From a virus (taxonomy: Duplodnaviria > Caudoviricetes): a stretch of 64,000 nucleotides of DNA. The position numbers were made by a program, and so were the translations under genes. Below, piece after piece: positions 48,321 through 58,129 of this stretch. Positions within the stretch are counted from its first letter, which is position 1; each line of letters opens with the position of its first letter. The stretch spans positions 7,586 to 71,585 of IMG/VR virus record IMGVR_UViG_3300044713_000064, one strand, 5' to 3'. A model generated the notes under the pieces. It was given only the letters and a program-made list of their open reading frames with translations, had not been told where the DNA came from and made no database searches.

Positions 48321-48641
48321 ATGCAGCCGGAACGGAAGACGGTGCGCATCGCCTGCCGCATCCCGAACGGCGTCGCAATCCGTCTCTCGAAAGTGGGTTG
48401 GGATGACGGCACCGGCGTCAAGCCGACGGTCCATGATGGACCCGGCATCCGGCTCAACGGTCCGTCCCCTCTGCACACGGGAGCCGGCAACACTAGTCCG
48501 GACGATCTTGAGCCTGGGATCACGGACGTCGACGCGGAATGGTGGGGCAAATGGCTGGCGCAGAACAGGCTGAACCCGGCCGTCCAACTGAAGCAGATCT
48601 TTCTCCTCGAGGAGGAAGCCAAGTCAAACCCTACGCTGTGA
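48321..48641 (+). CDS. Short paralogue of the preceding head-associated protein
   Basis: TVRIACRIPNG...IRLNG...ITDVDAEWWGKWLAQN...IF mirrors the motifs of 47627. Confidence 0.6.
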   Translation: MQPERKTVRIACRIPNGVAIRLSKVGWDDGTGVKPTVHDGPGIRLNGPSPLHTGAGNTSPDDLEPGITDVDAEWWGKWLAQNRLNPAVQLKQIFLLEEEAKSNPTL

Positions 48642-48990
48642 CCTTCGCGGAGACGCTCGCGAAGAGTCAGGAACTTGACCGCGTTCTGGCGGCGCCTTTG
48701 AAGGACGTGATGATGCCTCAGGAGATCGGTGGGAAGCGGTTGGCGGGAAGGCTCGGTGCCATGTTCGACCAGGTCAAGCAGGTCATTGATCAGGTAGAAC
48801 TCGGCGTCGTGGCTGCGGCGGCCGAGCTCATGGAAGAGGCCAAGGGCGCGAAGGCAATTGAAGTGGCAATCCGCGCCGAGACTGCGGCAGTGCGCGCATT
48901 CAAAGCGAAGATGCTCGGAGACAACGCGCTGGCAGGCGAGAACGAGGACAAGACCGAGCAGGAACCAAAAGTCACCGATCAGGCTGCGGA

Positions 48991-49494
48991 ATGACGACGC
49001 CAGCGATCACATTCGTATTCACGGACTGGATCGCGCAATTCGGCGAGTTCTCGGCTGTGAACCCGGTGGCGGCGCAGGCGTGGTTCAACCGGGCCACCAA
49101 TTTCTGCAGCAACGATACCTGCAACCCGGCCTATCAGCAGGACCCGACCGGCGGGATACTGACGGGGCTGCTCTACCTGCTGACGGCGCACATCGCGTGG
49201 CTCAACGCGCCGCGGGATGCGTTCGGAAACCCGGCCGCGACCGGCCAGCCCGCCTCGCCGATCGTGGGGCGAATCAACACGGCCTCGGAGGGCTCGGTGT
49301 CGGTGGGTGCCGACATGGGGGACGCCAACGAGGGCTCGCCGTCGCAGGCATGGTTTATGACCACGCGCTATGGTGCAGAATTTTGGTTTGCCAGCGCAAA
49401 TTATCGGCAGGGTTTCTACGTCGCGCAGCCGACGATCCTGCCAGAAAACAGCTTGCTCTTCCCGTATGGCGGCCGGTGGCGCGGCGGATATTGA
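48991..49494 (+). CDS. Head-tail adaptor (DUF4054-like)
   Basis: LLYLLTAHIAWL, VGRINTASEGSVSV, WFMTTRYGAEFW. Confidence 0.85.
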   Translation: MTTPAITFVFTDWIAQFGEFSAVNPVAAQAWFNRATNFCSNDTCNPAYQQDPTGGILTGLLYLLTAHIAWLNAPRDAFGNPAATGQPASPIVGRINTASEGSVSVGADMGDANEGSPSQAWFMTTRYGAEFWFASANYRQGFYVAQPTILPENSLLFPYGGRWRGGY

Positions 49495-49497
49495 ACC

Positions 49498-50031
49498 ATG
49501 CCTGTCCGCGGCGGGAACAAATTCCAAGCCCAATTGCAGAAGATGGCCGGTGCCGTAACGTCGGCGCAGACCGTCAAGGTCGGATTCCTTGAGAACGCGA
49601 CCTATCCCAACGGCACCAAGGTAGCCACTGTGGCCGCGATACAGGAATTCGGCGCCCCGCGCGCTGGCATTCCGCCGAGACCGTTCTTTCGCAACATGAT
49701 CGCCGCGAAGAGCCATGAATGGGGCCCGGCCGCCGGCGCGCTGCTGGTCGCCAACGGCTACGATGCGACCGCGACGCTCAACATGGTCGGCGAGGGCATT
49801 GCCGGTCAATTGCGGCAATCGATCGTGGACACGAACACGCCGCCCCTTAGCCCTGTCACGCTGGTCCTGCGCGAGTTTTTCTGGACGAATCCTTGGGACA
49901 TTCGTGCTAGAGATGTCGCAGCGGCTCGCGGCTTGGTCGCCCAGGGTCACACGGCTTCGGCCGGCACCTCGACCAAACCTTTGGTCTGGACAGGGATGCT
50001 CCTGGGGTCGATCAGCCACGAAGTGACGTAA
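49498..50031 (+). CDS. Neck / tail-completion protein
   Basis: VKVGFLENATYPNGTKVATVAAIQEFG..IPPRPFFR, KPLVWTGMLLGSI. Confidence 0.8.
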   Translation: MPVRGGNKFQAQLQKMAGAVTSAQTVKVGFLENATYPNGTKVATVAAIQEFGAPRAGIPPRPFFRNMIAAKSHEWGPAAGALLVANGYDATATLNMVGEGIAGQLRQSIVDTNTPPLSPVTLVLREFFWTNPWDIRARDVAAARGLVAQGHTASAGTSTKPLVWTGMLLGSISHEVT

Positions 50032-50604
50032 ACCCAACCTGAGGAGGGTCCTATGGATCTCGACAGCTTCTATGCCGACTACCGGGCCTTCAAGGCGCGC
50101 GTTGCTCCGATGATTGACGATTGGGAACGGGTGAATGCGGAACCGGCGATCAGCGCCGAACTCGCGGCCCAGATCAACGCGCCGCTTCCGCCGAGCAACC
50201 CGATGACGCCGCTTGGTGGCGATCACGTACTGGCGGCAACGCCCGCCGCTCCGAGCGCCGCGGCCCCACTGGCGCCCGCCGCACCCACCGTCCGCGGCGA
50301 ATCAGCGCCCGCGCTCCAGTCCGGCGGTCCGACCATCCAGCAGTGGGTTGCCGCCGGTTACAGCGCCGCAAAATATCCGCCGCCGCCGTATTCATCCCAG
50401 AGCTCGCCCGAGGACGTCGCCGCCGCTCAGGCCGCTGAGGTCGAGGCCGCCGCTGCCAAGGCTCCCACGCCGCCCGCTGCGCCGACCGATGAGGCTGCGG
50501 CCGCCGCCGCCCTCCAAGCCGAGATCCACAAGCCGCTTCCGCCGACCTCCGCCGTCGGGTAATCATTCATTCGGCGCCCAGAGCAAACCTGAAGGAGTTC
50601 TACC

Positions 50605-51246
50605 ATGGCCCTCAAAAGTTCCCTCGTGCTTTGGTCGTCGCTTGGCGATGTCAATCTGAACGCTGCCCAAGCTGCTGCGATCGGGGCATCGCTTGGTAAC
50701 GGTGCTGCGACATTCGGCGCCAATGCCAACAACCCGTTGCAGATGGGCGATGACGGCAATCTGATCGTTCAGACCATAGCGGCCGGTCGAAATCCTGCAG
50801 GGACCGGGAGCGACTATGTGGTGGCGGTGGGGAGTATTCCGGTTGGTGCCTTTGATATCGCGAATCGCGGCATCAACATCATGGCAGCCGGCTCGGCACT
50901 GAATGCGACCAGCAAGACGTTCAAAATCATCATGGGTGCGACGGCGCCGGCCGTTGGATCAATTGTCAGCGGCGGCACGACTGTCGCCGCACTTGGTCCC
51001 GTCACCACGACCTCGGCAGGCGGCTGGCAACTCACGGCCAATGTGTTCAAGTATGGCGCCGCAGGTTCGAATACGCAAATCGCGATCCACGAAGCCGGTC
51101 AATGTGGCGCGGATCTAGCCACGCTCACCGCATTTTCATTGCTCACGCTGAACGAGTCCGCCGCGATCTCGGTTGCGGTGACGATCAATGCGGCGACGGC
51201 CACCGATGCGATATTCGCATTTTTGCAGGTATTTGGAATGAATTGA
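50605..51246 (+). CDS. Putative virion beta-rich protein
   Basis: SD AAGGAG; Gly/Ala/Thr-rich beta-strand pattern within the neck module. Confidence 0.55.
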   Translation: MALKSSLVLWSSLGDVNLNAAQAAAIGASLGNGAATFGANANNPLQMGDDGNLIVQTIAAGRNPAGTGSDYVVAVGSIPVGAFDIANRGINIMAAGSALNATSKTFKIIMGATAPAVGSIVSGGTTVAALGPVTTTSAGGWQLTANVFKYGAAGSNTQIAIHEAGQCGADLATLTAFSLLTLNESAAISVAVTINAATATDAIFAFLQVFGMN

Positions 51247-51256
51247 GGAGGCTGCG

Positions 51257-51859
51257 ATCAACCTTCACGGCCTCGTTTCTCCCTACGTCGGTGCGGTCAA
51301 CCCTCTGATCCCGGTCACGGTCCAGATCAGCACCGGGCCCGGCGCGCAGAACCCAGACGGCAGCCAGGCGCCCTCGTTCGCCACGCCGGGCGCAATCACA
51401 GCCTCGGTCTCGGGCGATGTCTTGACCGTCACCAACGTCGCCAGCGGGGTCTTGCAGGCCGGCCAGACGCTATCCGACGCCGGAGCGCTGCTGCCGGCCA
51501 CCACGATCACGTCGCAGTTGACGGGCACCACCGGGAGCCTCGGGACCTATTTGCTCAGCCAGATCCAGCCGTCGCCGATCGCATCCGAGGCGATGACGAC
51601 CGCGCTCAACCTGATCGGGCAGGTTCAGGCACTATCAACGCGCGATCTCCATCAGACGGAAGGGCTCAACCTTCAGGGAGAAATGCGCGCGCTTTACGTG
51701 TCGGGAAAGCTGAACGGGGTGGTGCGCGTTTTGCTGAAGGGTGGCGATCTGATACGATTGCCTGACGGAACGGTGTGGCTTGTGACGCTGGTCCCTGAAC
51801 CTTGGGGGCTGACTGCTGGATGGACAAAATGTGTGATCACCTTGCAGAACGGAAGTTGA
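51257..51859 (+). CDS. Head-closure/collar protein, apparent ATC start
   Basis: GAGGAGG then ATC-AAC-CTT-CAC-GGC (xNLHGLVSPYVGAVNP), QVQALS..DL...EGLNLQG, GVVR..KGGDLI, WLV..V.EPW...WTK. Confidence 0.75.
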   Translation: MNLHGLVSPYVGAVNPLIPVTVQISTGPGAQNPDGSQAPSFATPGAITASVSGDVLTVTNVASGVLQAGQTLSDAGALLPATTITSQLTGTTGSLGTYLLSQIQPSPIASEAMTTALNLIGQVQALSTRDLHQTEGLNLQGEMRALYVSGKLNGVVRVLLKGGDLIRLPDGTVWLVTLVPEPWGLTAGWTKCVITLQNGS

Positions 51860-51863
51860 AAAC

Positions 51864-52460
51864 ATGAAATCAAGTTTGAAAACGTGGCTGGCCGTCGCCT
51901 ACGTCGCCCTCGGGCTGATCATGTTCGCCTCGGCCGCGTTTTCCCAGACCGCCTACAATGGGCTCGGGAGTACGACGCACTTCGCCGGGACGACTCCCTA
52001 TACGGGGAATCAACTATTCGCGCTGAACAACAGTGGTAGCGCCGTGGCGTCGCCGATCGTTCTCAATAGCGTTCCTCAAGGGCAGGCGCTCACGATCAAG
52101 GCGTTGATCTATTCGAACGGCACCAACAAGCCGGGGACGTCGACGCTGTGGCTCTATTCGGCCAAGCCGACCACGACCGGTCTCGTAGATGGCAGCGCCT
52201 ACGTTGGACCTTATGCGGCGGATCTCGCCGCCAATATCTACCTGGGGAATCTTACCTGCTCGGCATGGCAACCGACCAACGACGCCACAGCGCAATATTT
52301 CTCCGAATGTTCCGGCTCGAGCCTGATGTTGACAACCATGCAGCCGATTCCATCGCAAGAACCGCAAGCAACTATCTATGCCTTGGAAGAGGTCGGCGCC
52401 TATACGCCGATCGCCAGCGAGAAGCATTCGTATTTCCTGCGAACCTATAAAGAGAACTGA
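51864..52460 (+). CDS. Secreted beta-rich protein (cassette gene 1)
   Basis: Signal peptide MKSSLKTWLAVAYVALGLIMFASAAFS-Q. Confidence 0.7.
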   Translation: MKSSLKTWLAVAYVALGLIMFASAAFSQTAYNGLGSTTHFAGTTPYTGNQLFALNNSGSAVASPIVLNSVPQGQALTIKALIYSNGTNKPGTSTLWLYSAKPTTTGLVDGSAYVGPYAADLAANIYLGNLTCSAWQPTNDATAQYFSECSGSSLMLTTMQPIPSQEPQATIYALEEVGAYTPIASEKHSYFLRTYKEN

Positions 52461-53527
52461 TGATGCGCCGACGATCTTTCATCACCGGGATTTCGATACT
52501 GGCCGTATCCGCGCTGCTGGCGCTTGGGTGGCTGGGATCGGCGGATGCGGTCTCTGGAAGCCGGTTGCTTCTACTTGGGGGACCCCCTGGATGGGTCCAA
52601 AAAGGTGCGATCATTGATGAGGTTTTTACAACTTCTCAGTATTACCCGCGCCCGATCGCGCAGGAACTAGTCGATACCAGAGCTTCATCCAAATTTCTTA
52701 CGCCAACGAACGGAGTGCTTGTTTCCATCGGGAATAACGTGCTGCCACTTAGCAGCGCTGGTTTGTTGGTTGAACCGTCCGCGACAAATGGCGCGCTTCA
52801 GTCTCAAAATTTCTCTGCGACGTGGGCAGGAGCTCACAGCGGGATCGCCACGGCAAATGCCACAACGGCACCGGATGGAACTACGACAGCAAGCAAGATT
52901 GCTTATGGGTCGGCGACGAACCAGAACTATCTGTTCGCGCAGGCTCAGACCTACGTCACGTCATCTGGGTATATCGTTTATACCTACGCCAAAGCAGCGG
53001 ACTACAATTTTCTGGCGCTTGTGACGTTCGACGGAACCGACAATTTCGGTGTCATCTATAATTTGAGCACTGGAGCAGTAGTCGGAAATATCACCAACGC
53101 GCCGGTAGGAATGATAACGGCAAGCGGCTCGTCCGCATTAGCAAATGGTTGGTATCTTTGCTGGTTCGCATTCACCGCGACAAATACTGGTTCGGCGTCG
53201 TTTGGCATTCAGGCCGGTCCCCAGCAAAGCAATAGCCAGAATATTAATACTCCAGGAGCTGGGGCGACCGGGAGTGGAATCTATGTTTGGGGTTATCAGA
53301 GCATGCTTGGATCGCTGCCGTCATCGTACATTCCGATCACAACATCGACCGCTCCGCGCGCTGCCGACTCGATCGTCATTCAAAGAACTGGTATCGGGAG
53401 AATCGTTTTCACGTTCGACAATGGGAGCACGCAGACGATCTCTGGCATCAACCCTGCGGCTCAATACACTATCCCGACAAACCTGAACCGCGCGCTGATC
53501 ACCCGAATAACGGGATATGCATCGTGA
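52460..53527 (+). CDS. Tat-signal protein with a phage head-spike/fibre-like carbohydrate-binding domain (cassette gene 2)
   Basis: MMRRRSFI...ADA signal; TRASSK, GLLVEPSATN, TTAPDGTTTA, LANGWY.C, GIYVWGYQ, PSSYIPIT...RAAD. Confidence 0.7.
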   Translation: MMRRRSFITGISILAVSALLALGWLGSADAVSGSRLLLLGGPPGWVQKGAIIDEVFTTSQYYPRPIAQELVDTRASSKFLTPTNGVLVSIGNNVLPLSSAGLLVEPSATNGALQSQNFSATWAGAHSGIATANATTAPDGTTTASKIAYGSATNQNYLFAQAQTYVTSSGYIVYTYAKAADYNFLALVTFDGTDNFGVIYNLSTGAVVGNITNAPVGMITASGSSALANGWYLCWFAFTATNTGSASFGIQAGPQQSNSQNINTPGAGATGSGIYVWGYQSMLGSLPSSYIPITTSTAPRAADSIVIQRTGIGRIVFTFDNGSTQTISGINPAAQYTIPTNLNRALITRITGYAS

Positions 53528-54972
53528 AGTGGGGCCTAGCTTTATTTATGCTCGCCTTCGCCCAGGACGCGAGCGCTCAATCGATGTCGCTGACGTTTCC
53601 GACATCGCTCACGATGGCATCAGGCCTACCGCTGCCATTCACGGGCGTCACCGTATCCGATCCGAATCCAAATGCGACAACGGACACGGTCACGATTTTA
53701 ATCAGCGGATCGGCTGGAGGAACACTGAGCGGTCCTGGCTTGACGGGGTCTAACCCCTATACGCTGATCGACGCGCCGGCCAATATCACGGCAGATCTGC
53801 AGGCCCTGACATACACCCCTGCGGTCGTTGGAAACACAAATGCGATTTTCGATATCTCGGTGTTTAGCACAGCAATCGCCACCTTGCAGCCTTCGGCGGC
53901 AGAGGTACAGATTCAAAACATCAATCTGACCGATGAGGTACCGTACCCAGCGCCGTCTTGCACGTTTGTCCCGAGGAACTTCAAGGGCGTAAATATTTCC
54001 GGGGCGGAAAACACTTACCCAGCAACGTCGCAATTCAACTATATCTACCCTGCGAATGTGGAGTTGGATTACTTCGCATCGAAGGGATTCGGGCTGATCC
54101 GCATGCCGATCCAGATCCGCCGCGTGCAAGAGTTTTCCTATGGCGACCTTGATCCGATCGGGCGAACCGACGAACCGGCTGTATCTGGGTCGACGCCGGG
54201 AACGCAAACCAACCTATTGGCGATAAAGGCAGTTCTTGATCACGCGTGTTCCGATAATCTCTATGTCGTGATTGATCCGCACGATTACGGTTACATTCAG
54301 GATACGAACACCAACACGTCTAGGCCGATCGGATCCGACCCCGAGGCAACAGCGCAGTTCAAGGATTGGTGGATTCGGGTATCGACCAAATTTAGCAATT
54401 ACCCAAACTTGATCTTTGGGCTTATGAATGAACCATATGCGCAGACGCCCGGACAGTGGCAAGTGGGCGCGGTCGCAGCCATCAACGGCATTGCGCAGGT
54501 AACGACTTCGCGGATGGTGTTCATCCCAGGCACATCGTACACAGGTGGGCATTCCTGGGTTTCAAGCGGAAACGCTACGGCGTGGGCTGGCTACGTTCCT
54601 CCAGCAGGCATGCAAATCGCCTTCGAGATGCACGAATACCTCGATAGCGATTATTCAGGATCACACGCGGTTTGCGCCGGCAACGGTTCGGCGCCGATGA
54701 CAGCAGCAACCGCATGGGCGCAAGCAAACGGGTTCAAGATCTGGATCGGCGAAATCGGATGGTCGCAGGACCCAAGTTGTCCGCCCGACGCCACCAATCT
54801 GATGAGTTATTTCACGGCGAATGAGCCCACGTACCTTGGTTGGGCCTATTGGGTTGGCGGCAGTCAGGCGTTCTATGGCTCGTATATGTACACCGTGCAG
54901 CCTACCGGCTACCTCACTGGCCCATTTGCGGATAAGCCTCAGATGTCGATCCTCGCTGGAAATCTGAATTGA
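53524..54972 (+). CDS. Secreted GH5 endoglucanase with an N-terminal Ig-like domain (cassette gene 3)
   Basis: GTG start coupled to the previous stop, signal ending ASA-Q; GVNISGAE, LIRMPI, VIDPHDYG, FGLMNEP (acid/base), TGGHSW, FEMHEYLDSDYSG, WIGEIG (nucleophile), GWAYWVGG. Confidence 0.92.
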   Translation: MKWGLALFMLAFAQDASAQSMSLTFPTSLTMASGLPLPFTGVTVSDPNPNATTDTVTILISGSAGGTLSGPGLTGSNPYTLIDAPANITADLQALTYTPAVVGNTNAIFDISVFSTAIATLQPSAAEVQIQNINLTDEVPYPAPSCTFVPRNFKGVNISGAENTYPATSQFNYIYPANVELDYFASKGFGLIRMPIQIRRVQEFSYGDLDPIGRTDEPAVSGSTPGTQTNLLAIKAVLDHACSDNLYVVIDPHDYGYIQDTNTNTSRPIGSDPEATAQFKDWWIRVSTKFSNYPNLIFGLMNEPYAQTPGQWQVGAVAAINGIAQVTTSRMVFIPGTSYTGGHSWVSSGNATAWAGYVPPAGMQIAFEMHEYLDSDYSGSHAVCAGNGSAPMTAATAWAQANGFKIWIGEIGWSQDPSCPPDATNLMSYFTANEPTYLGWAYWVGGSQAFYGSYMYTVQPTGYLTGPFADKPQMSILAGNLN

Positions 54973-54986
54973 TCGGAAATTCAAAC

Positions 54987-55361
54987 ATGACGAAATTAAG
55001 TTTGAAAACGTGGCTCGGTATTGCCTATGTCGTGATCGGGCTGATCATGTTTGCCTCAGCAGCTTTTTCTCAGGGCATCACCGATCAGCCCATGGTTCCG
55101 CTCGGATATTGCCAACTTACCGCGCCTTCCGCCGCAACCAAACTATCGACTTGCGCTGGCGGTATTCCAACCAACGCAAGGACGGCTTACATCTATGTTG
55201 AGACTGGCGCGGTTCGATATCGCGATGATGGCGTTGCGCCGACAGCCGCGATTGGCATGCCCATAGCTGTTGGTGGGACGCTATTTTACACGGGGACATT
55301 GAGCAGCTTTCAGGTTATCCAGCAGGCGGCATCAGTGGTAAATATTCTGTTTTATCGATGA
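54987..55361 (+). CDS. Secreted small beta protein (cassette gene 4)
   Basis: Signal MTKLSLKTWLGIAYVVIGLIMFASAAFS-Q; PLGYCQL, VRYRDDGVAPTAAIGMP, VNILFY. Confidence 0.75.
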   Translation: MTKLSLKTWLGIAYVVIGLIMFASAAFSQGITDQPMVPLGYCQLTAPSAATKLSTCAGGIPTNARTAYIYVETGAVRYRDDGVAPTAAIGMPIAVGGTLFYTGTLSSFQVIQQAASVVNILFYR

Positions 55362-56107
55362 CGCCATCTCCGACCCAGTCGAACGTCTTCGCGCAACTCC
55401 GGAGCTTCTTACTGGCGGTCCTGCCCTCTGGCGTTGTGGTCGTTCCAGCGCAGCAGAACCGGGTGCCTGAGCCGGCTGGGGTCGATTTCGTCGTGATGAC
55501 GCAGATTCGCCAGGAGCGGCTTGAGACAAACGTCGATGGCTACGCCGACGGCGTGTTCACGGGCTTGATCGCTGGCCCTACGATGACGATCACCGCAATG
55601 AATCCCAAGTTTCCCAATGCACAGATCGGGGTCGGCAGCACCATCTTCGGCGTCGGAATCGCGGCGGAGACCTCGGTGAGCGCGATCCTGACCGGAACTG
55701 GCCAGATCGGGACCTATACGGTGGCGCCGTCCCAGACCGTCGGCCCACTGACCATCTCGACCGGCACAAAGCAAATCATGATGCCGACCAAGCACACGAT
55801 CCAACTCGACTTCCACAGCGCTGATTTGAGTTCGGCCGGCGATATGGCCGCGACCGTGAGCGCGCTGTTCCGGGATGAGTTCGCTGTGCTCCAGTTTCAA
55901 GGACAATCGCCCTATTACGGTGTCGCACCGCTTTACGCCGATGATCCGCGCCAAGCCCCATGGGTCAACGACCAGCAGCAGGTAGAATGGCGCTGGACTT
56001 TGGATGCTTTGCTCCAATCAAACATCGTGATACAGGTTCCTCAGCAGTTCACAGATTCCGTGGTTCTCACGCCGGTAAGCGTCGATGCAAAATATCCCCT
56101 GTCTTAG
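55358..56107 (+). CDS. Tail terminator / neck protein with an inserted domain
   Basis: QQNRVPEP..DFVVMT, RLETN, IQLDFH, ALFRD, PLYADDPRQ, QQVEWRWTLDALLQ.N, PQQF. Confidence 0.8.
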   Translation: MTPSPTQSNVFAQLRSFLLAVLPSGVVVVPAQQNRVPEPAGVDFVVMTQIRQERLETNVDGYADGVFTGLIAGPTMTITAMNPKFPNAQIGVGSTIFGVGIAAETSVSAILTGTGQIGTYTVAPSQTVGPLTISTGTKQIMMPTKHTIQLDFHSADLSSAGDMAATVSALFRDEFAVLQFQGQSPYYGVAPLYADDPRQAPWVNDQQQVEWRWTLDALLQSNIVIQVPQQFTDSVVLTPVSVDAKYPLS

Positions 56108-56119
56108 GAGGACACCGCT

Positions 56120-58117
56120 TTGACGACGATCCCAGCCTCGTTGTTTGTAAACGTCGTCCCGTCCGTCCTCTCGACCGTCGGCCAGGCCGTCAGTCTCAAC
56201 GGCCTGATCCTGACGAGCAGCAACCGAGTCCCGCTTGGGGCGGTCTACAGCTTCTCAAGCGCGCCCGCAGTTGCCGCCTTCTTTGGGTCATCGTCCCAGG
56301 AAGCCCTGATGGCGGGCGGCGGCAGCGGCAAGGGCGCCGGGTATTTCGGCGGGTTCACCAACTCCAATTCGCTGCCGGGCGCGCTGCTGTTCGCGCAGTA
56401 CAACGCCGCCGCCGTCTCGGCGTATCTGTGGGGCGGCAACGCCGGCGCAGCCCTGACGCTGACGCAGCTGCAGGCCCTGAACGGGTCCCTCAATATCGTC
56501 ATGGACGGCTACGCGCACGCGATCGCGTCAATCAGCCTTTCCTCGGCAAACAGCTTCTCCGCCGCAGCGGCCGCGATCCAGGCGGCATTCACCGACCCCA
56601 CCGAAGCTTCGTTCACGGCGGCCATCGGCGCCACCTTCACGGCGACGCAGGCCGGCACGAACATGACGACATCAGCCGTCACCGGGCTGATTTCAATCGG
56701 TGACATCGTTACCGGAACCGGCGTCGCGGCGAATACCACGATTGTTTCCCAGACCTCCGGGACCACGGGCGGCGCCGGCGTCTACGTCACCAGCCTGAGC
56801 GGCACCGCTTCCGGTGCGGCGTGCGTCGGCTCGAGCACGGTCCTCAATGTCACGGTGGAATCGGTTGTCTCCCTGGCGGTCGGTCAGACCGTGGTCGGCG
56901 CCGGCGTCACGGGCGCGCCGACGATCACCGCGCAGCTCACCGGGGCCGCCGGCGGAGTGGGTACTTATCGCCTCAGCGGCGCGCAGCAGCAGGTCGCCAG
57001 TGAGGCCATGACGGCGATCGCCACGGCTCCCCTGGTCACTTTCGACTCGCAGTCCGGGGCATTCATCATCACCTCGGGGATCACTGGAGTCGCTTCGACC
57101 TCGGCTTTCGCCACCGGGACGCTGGCGGCGTCGCTACTGCTGACTTCGGCGACCGGGGCGTTTCTGTCGCAGGGCGCTGCGGCGGCGACGCCAGCGAGCG
57201 CCATGAACGCCGTGGTCGCGATCACCACGAACTGGGCGACCTATACGACCACGGTTGATCCGGATGGCGGCGTCGGGAACACGCTCAAGCAAGCCTTTGC
57301 CGCTTGGAAAAACACCTTCCCGAATCGCTACATGTACGTGCCGGGCGATACCGACGTGCTGGCGCGATCGAACCCGCCGCAGTCGGAAACCCTCGGGCAG
57401 ATCCTTGCCGGTAACGGAGACTCCGGGACGTTTCTGATCTCCGAATTGACCGATCTCAACCAAGCCGCTTTCGTGATGGGAATCGCGGCGTCGATCAATT
57501 TCAATCAGGCAAACGGCAGGACCGATTTCGCATTCCGGAGCCAGACCGGACTGGTTTCCGACGTCGTGTCAGGACAGACCGCGATCAACATCGGAGGCAA
57601 TCCGCAAGTTCTCGGCGATCGCGGCAACGGGTACAATTATTACGGAGCCGTCGGGTCTGGAAATGCCAATTTCACGTGGCTCCAGCGCGGGATCATCACC
57701 GGATCGTTCCTGTGGGCCGACAGTTACGTCAATCAGATCTGGCTGAACAGCAACCTGCAACTCGCGCTGCTCAACCTGATGAATAACTCTCTGTCGACCC
57801 CGTTCAACACGGTCGGCGCAGCGCTCATTGAAGCGGCGCTGGCCTCACCGATCCAGGCCGGTCTCAATTTCAACGCCTTCGCGCCCGGCACCATTTCACC
57901 GGCGCAGATCGCCGCGGTGAATTCGCAGGCCGGCGCGAACGCCGGCAATCCCAGCCTCAACATCACGGACACGCTGCAAGCCCAGGGCTACTACCTCCAG
58001 GTGCTCCAGCAGGCGACGAACATCCGGCTGAACCGCGGACCATGGGCGATCACATTCTGGTACCTTGATAGGGGATCAGCCCAAAGCATAAGCCTGTCCA
58101 GCGTTGCCATCCAATGA
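56120..58117 (+). CDS. Tail sheath protein (DUF3383)
   Basis: TTG start after AGGAGG; TIPASLFVNVVPSVL, NWATY, GYNYYG, WADSYVNQIWLN, FWYLDRGSAQSI. Confidence 0.9.
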   Translation: MTTIPASLFVNVVPSVLSTVGQAVSLNGLILTSSNRVPLGAVYSFSSAPAVAAFFGSSSQEALMAGGGSGKGAGYFGGFTNSNSLPGALLFAQYNAAAVSAYLWGGNAGAALTLTQLQALNGSLNIVMDGYAHAIASISLSSANSFSAAAAAIQAAFTDPTEASFTAAIGATFTATQAGTNMTTSAVTGLISIGDIVTGTGVAANTTIVSQTSGTTGGAGVYVTSLSGTASGAACVGSSTVLNVTVESVVSLAVGQTVVGAGVTGAPTITAQLTGAAGGVGTYRLSGAQQQVASEAMTAIATAPLVTFDSQSGAFIITSGITGVASTSAFATGTLAASLLLTSATGAFLSQGAAAATPASAMNAVVAITTNWATYTTTVDPDGGVGNTLKQAFAAWKNTFPNRYMYVPGDTDVLARSNPPQSETLGQILAGNGDSGTFLISELTDLNQAAFVMGIAASINFNQANGRTDFAFRSQTGLVSDVVSGQTAINIGGNPQVLGDRGNGYNYYGAVGSGNANFTWLQRGIITGSFLWADSYVNQIWLNSNLQLALLNLMNNSLSTPFNTVGAALIEAALASPIQAGLNFNAFAPGTISPAQIAAVNSQAGANAGNPSLNITDTLQAQGYYLQVLQQATNIRLNRGPWAITFWYLDRGSAQSISLSSVAIQ

Positions 58118-58129
58118 GGAGCATCTGAA

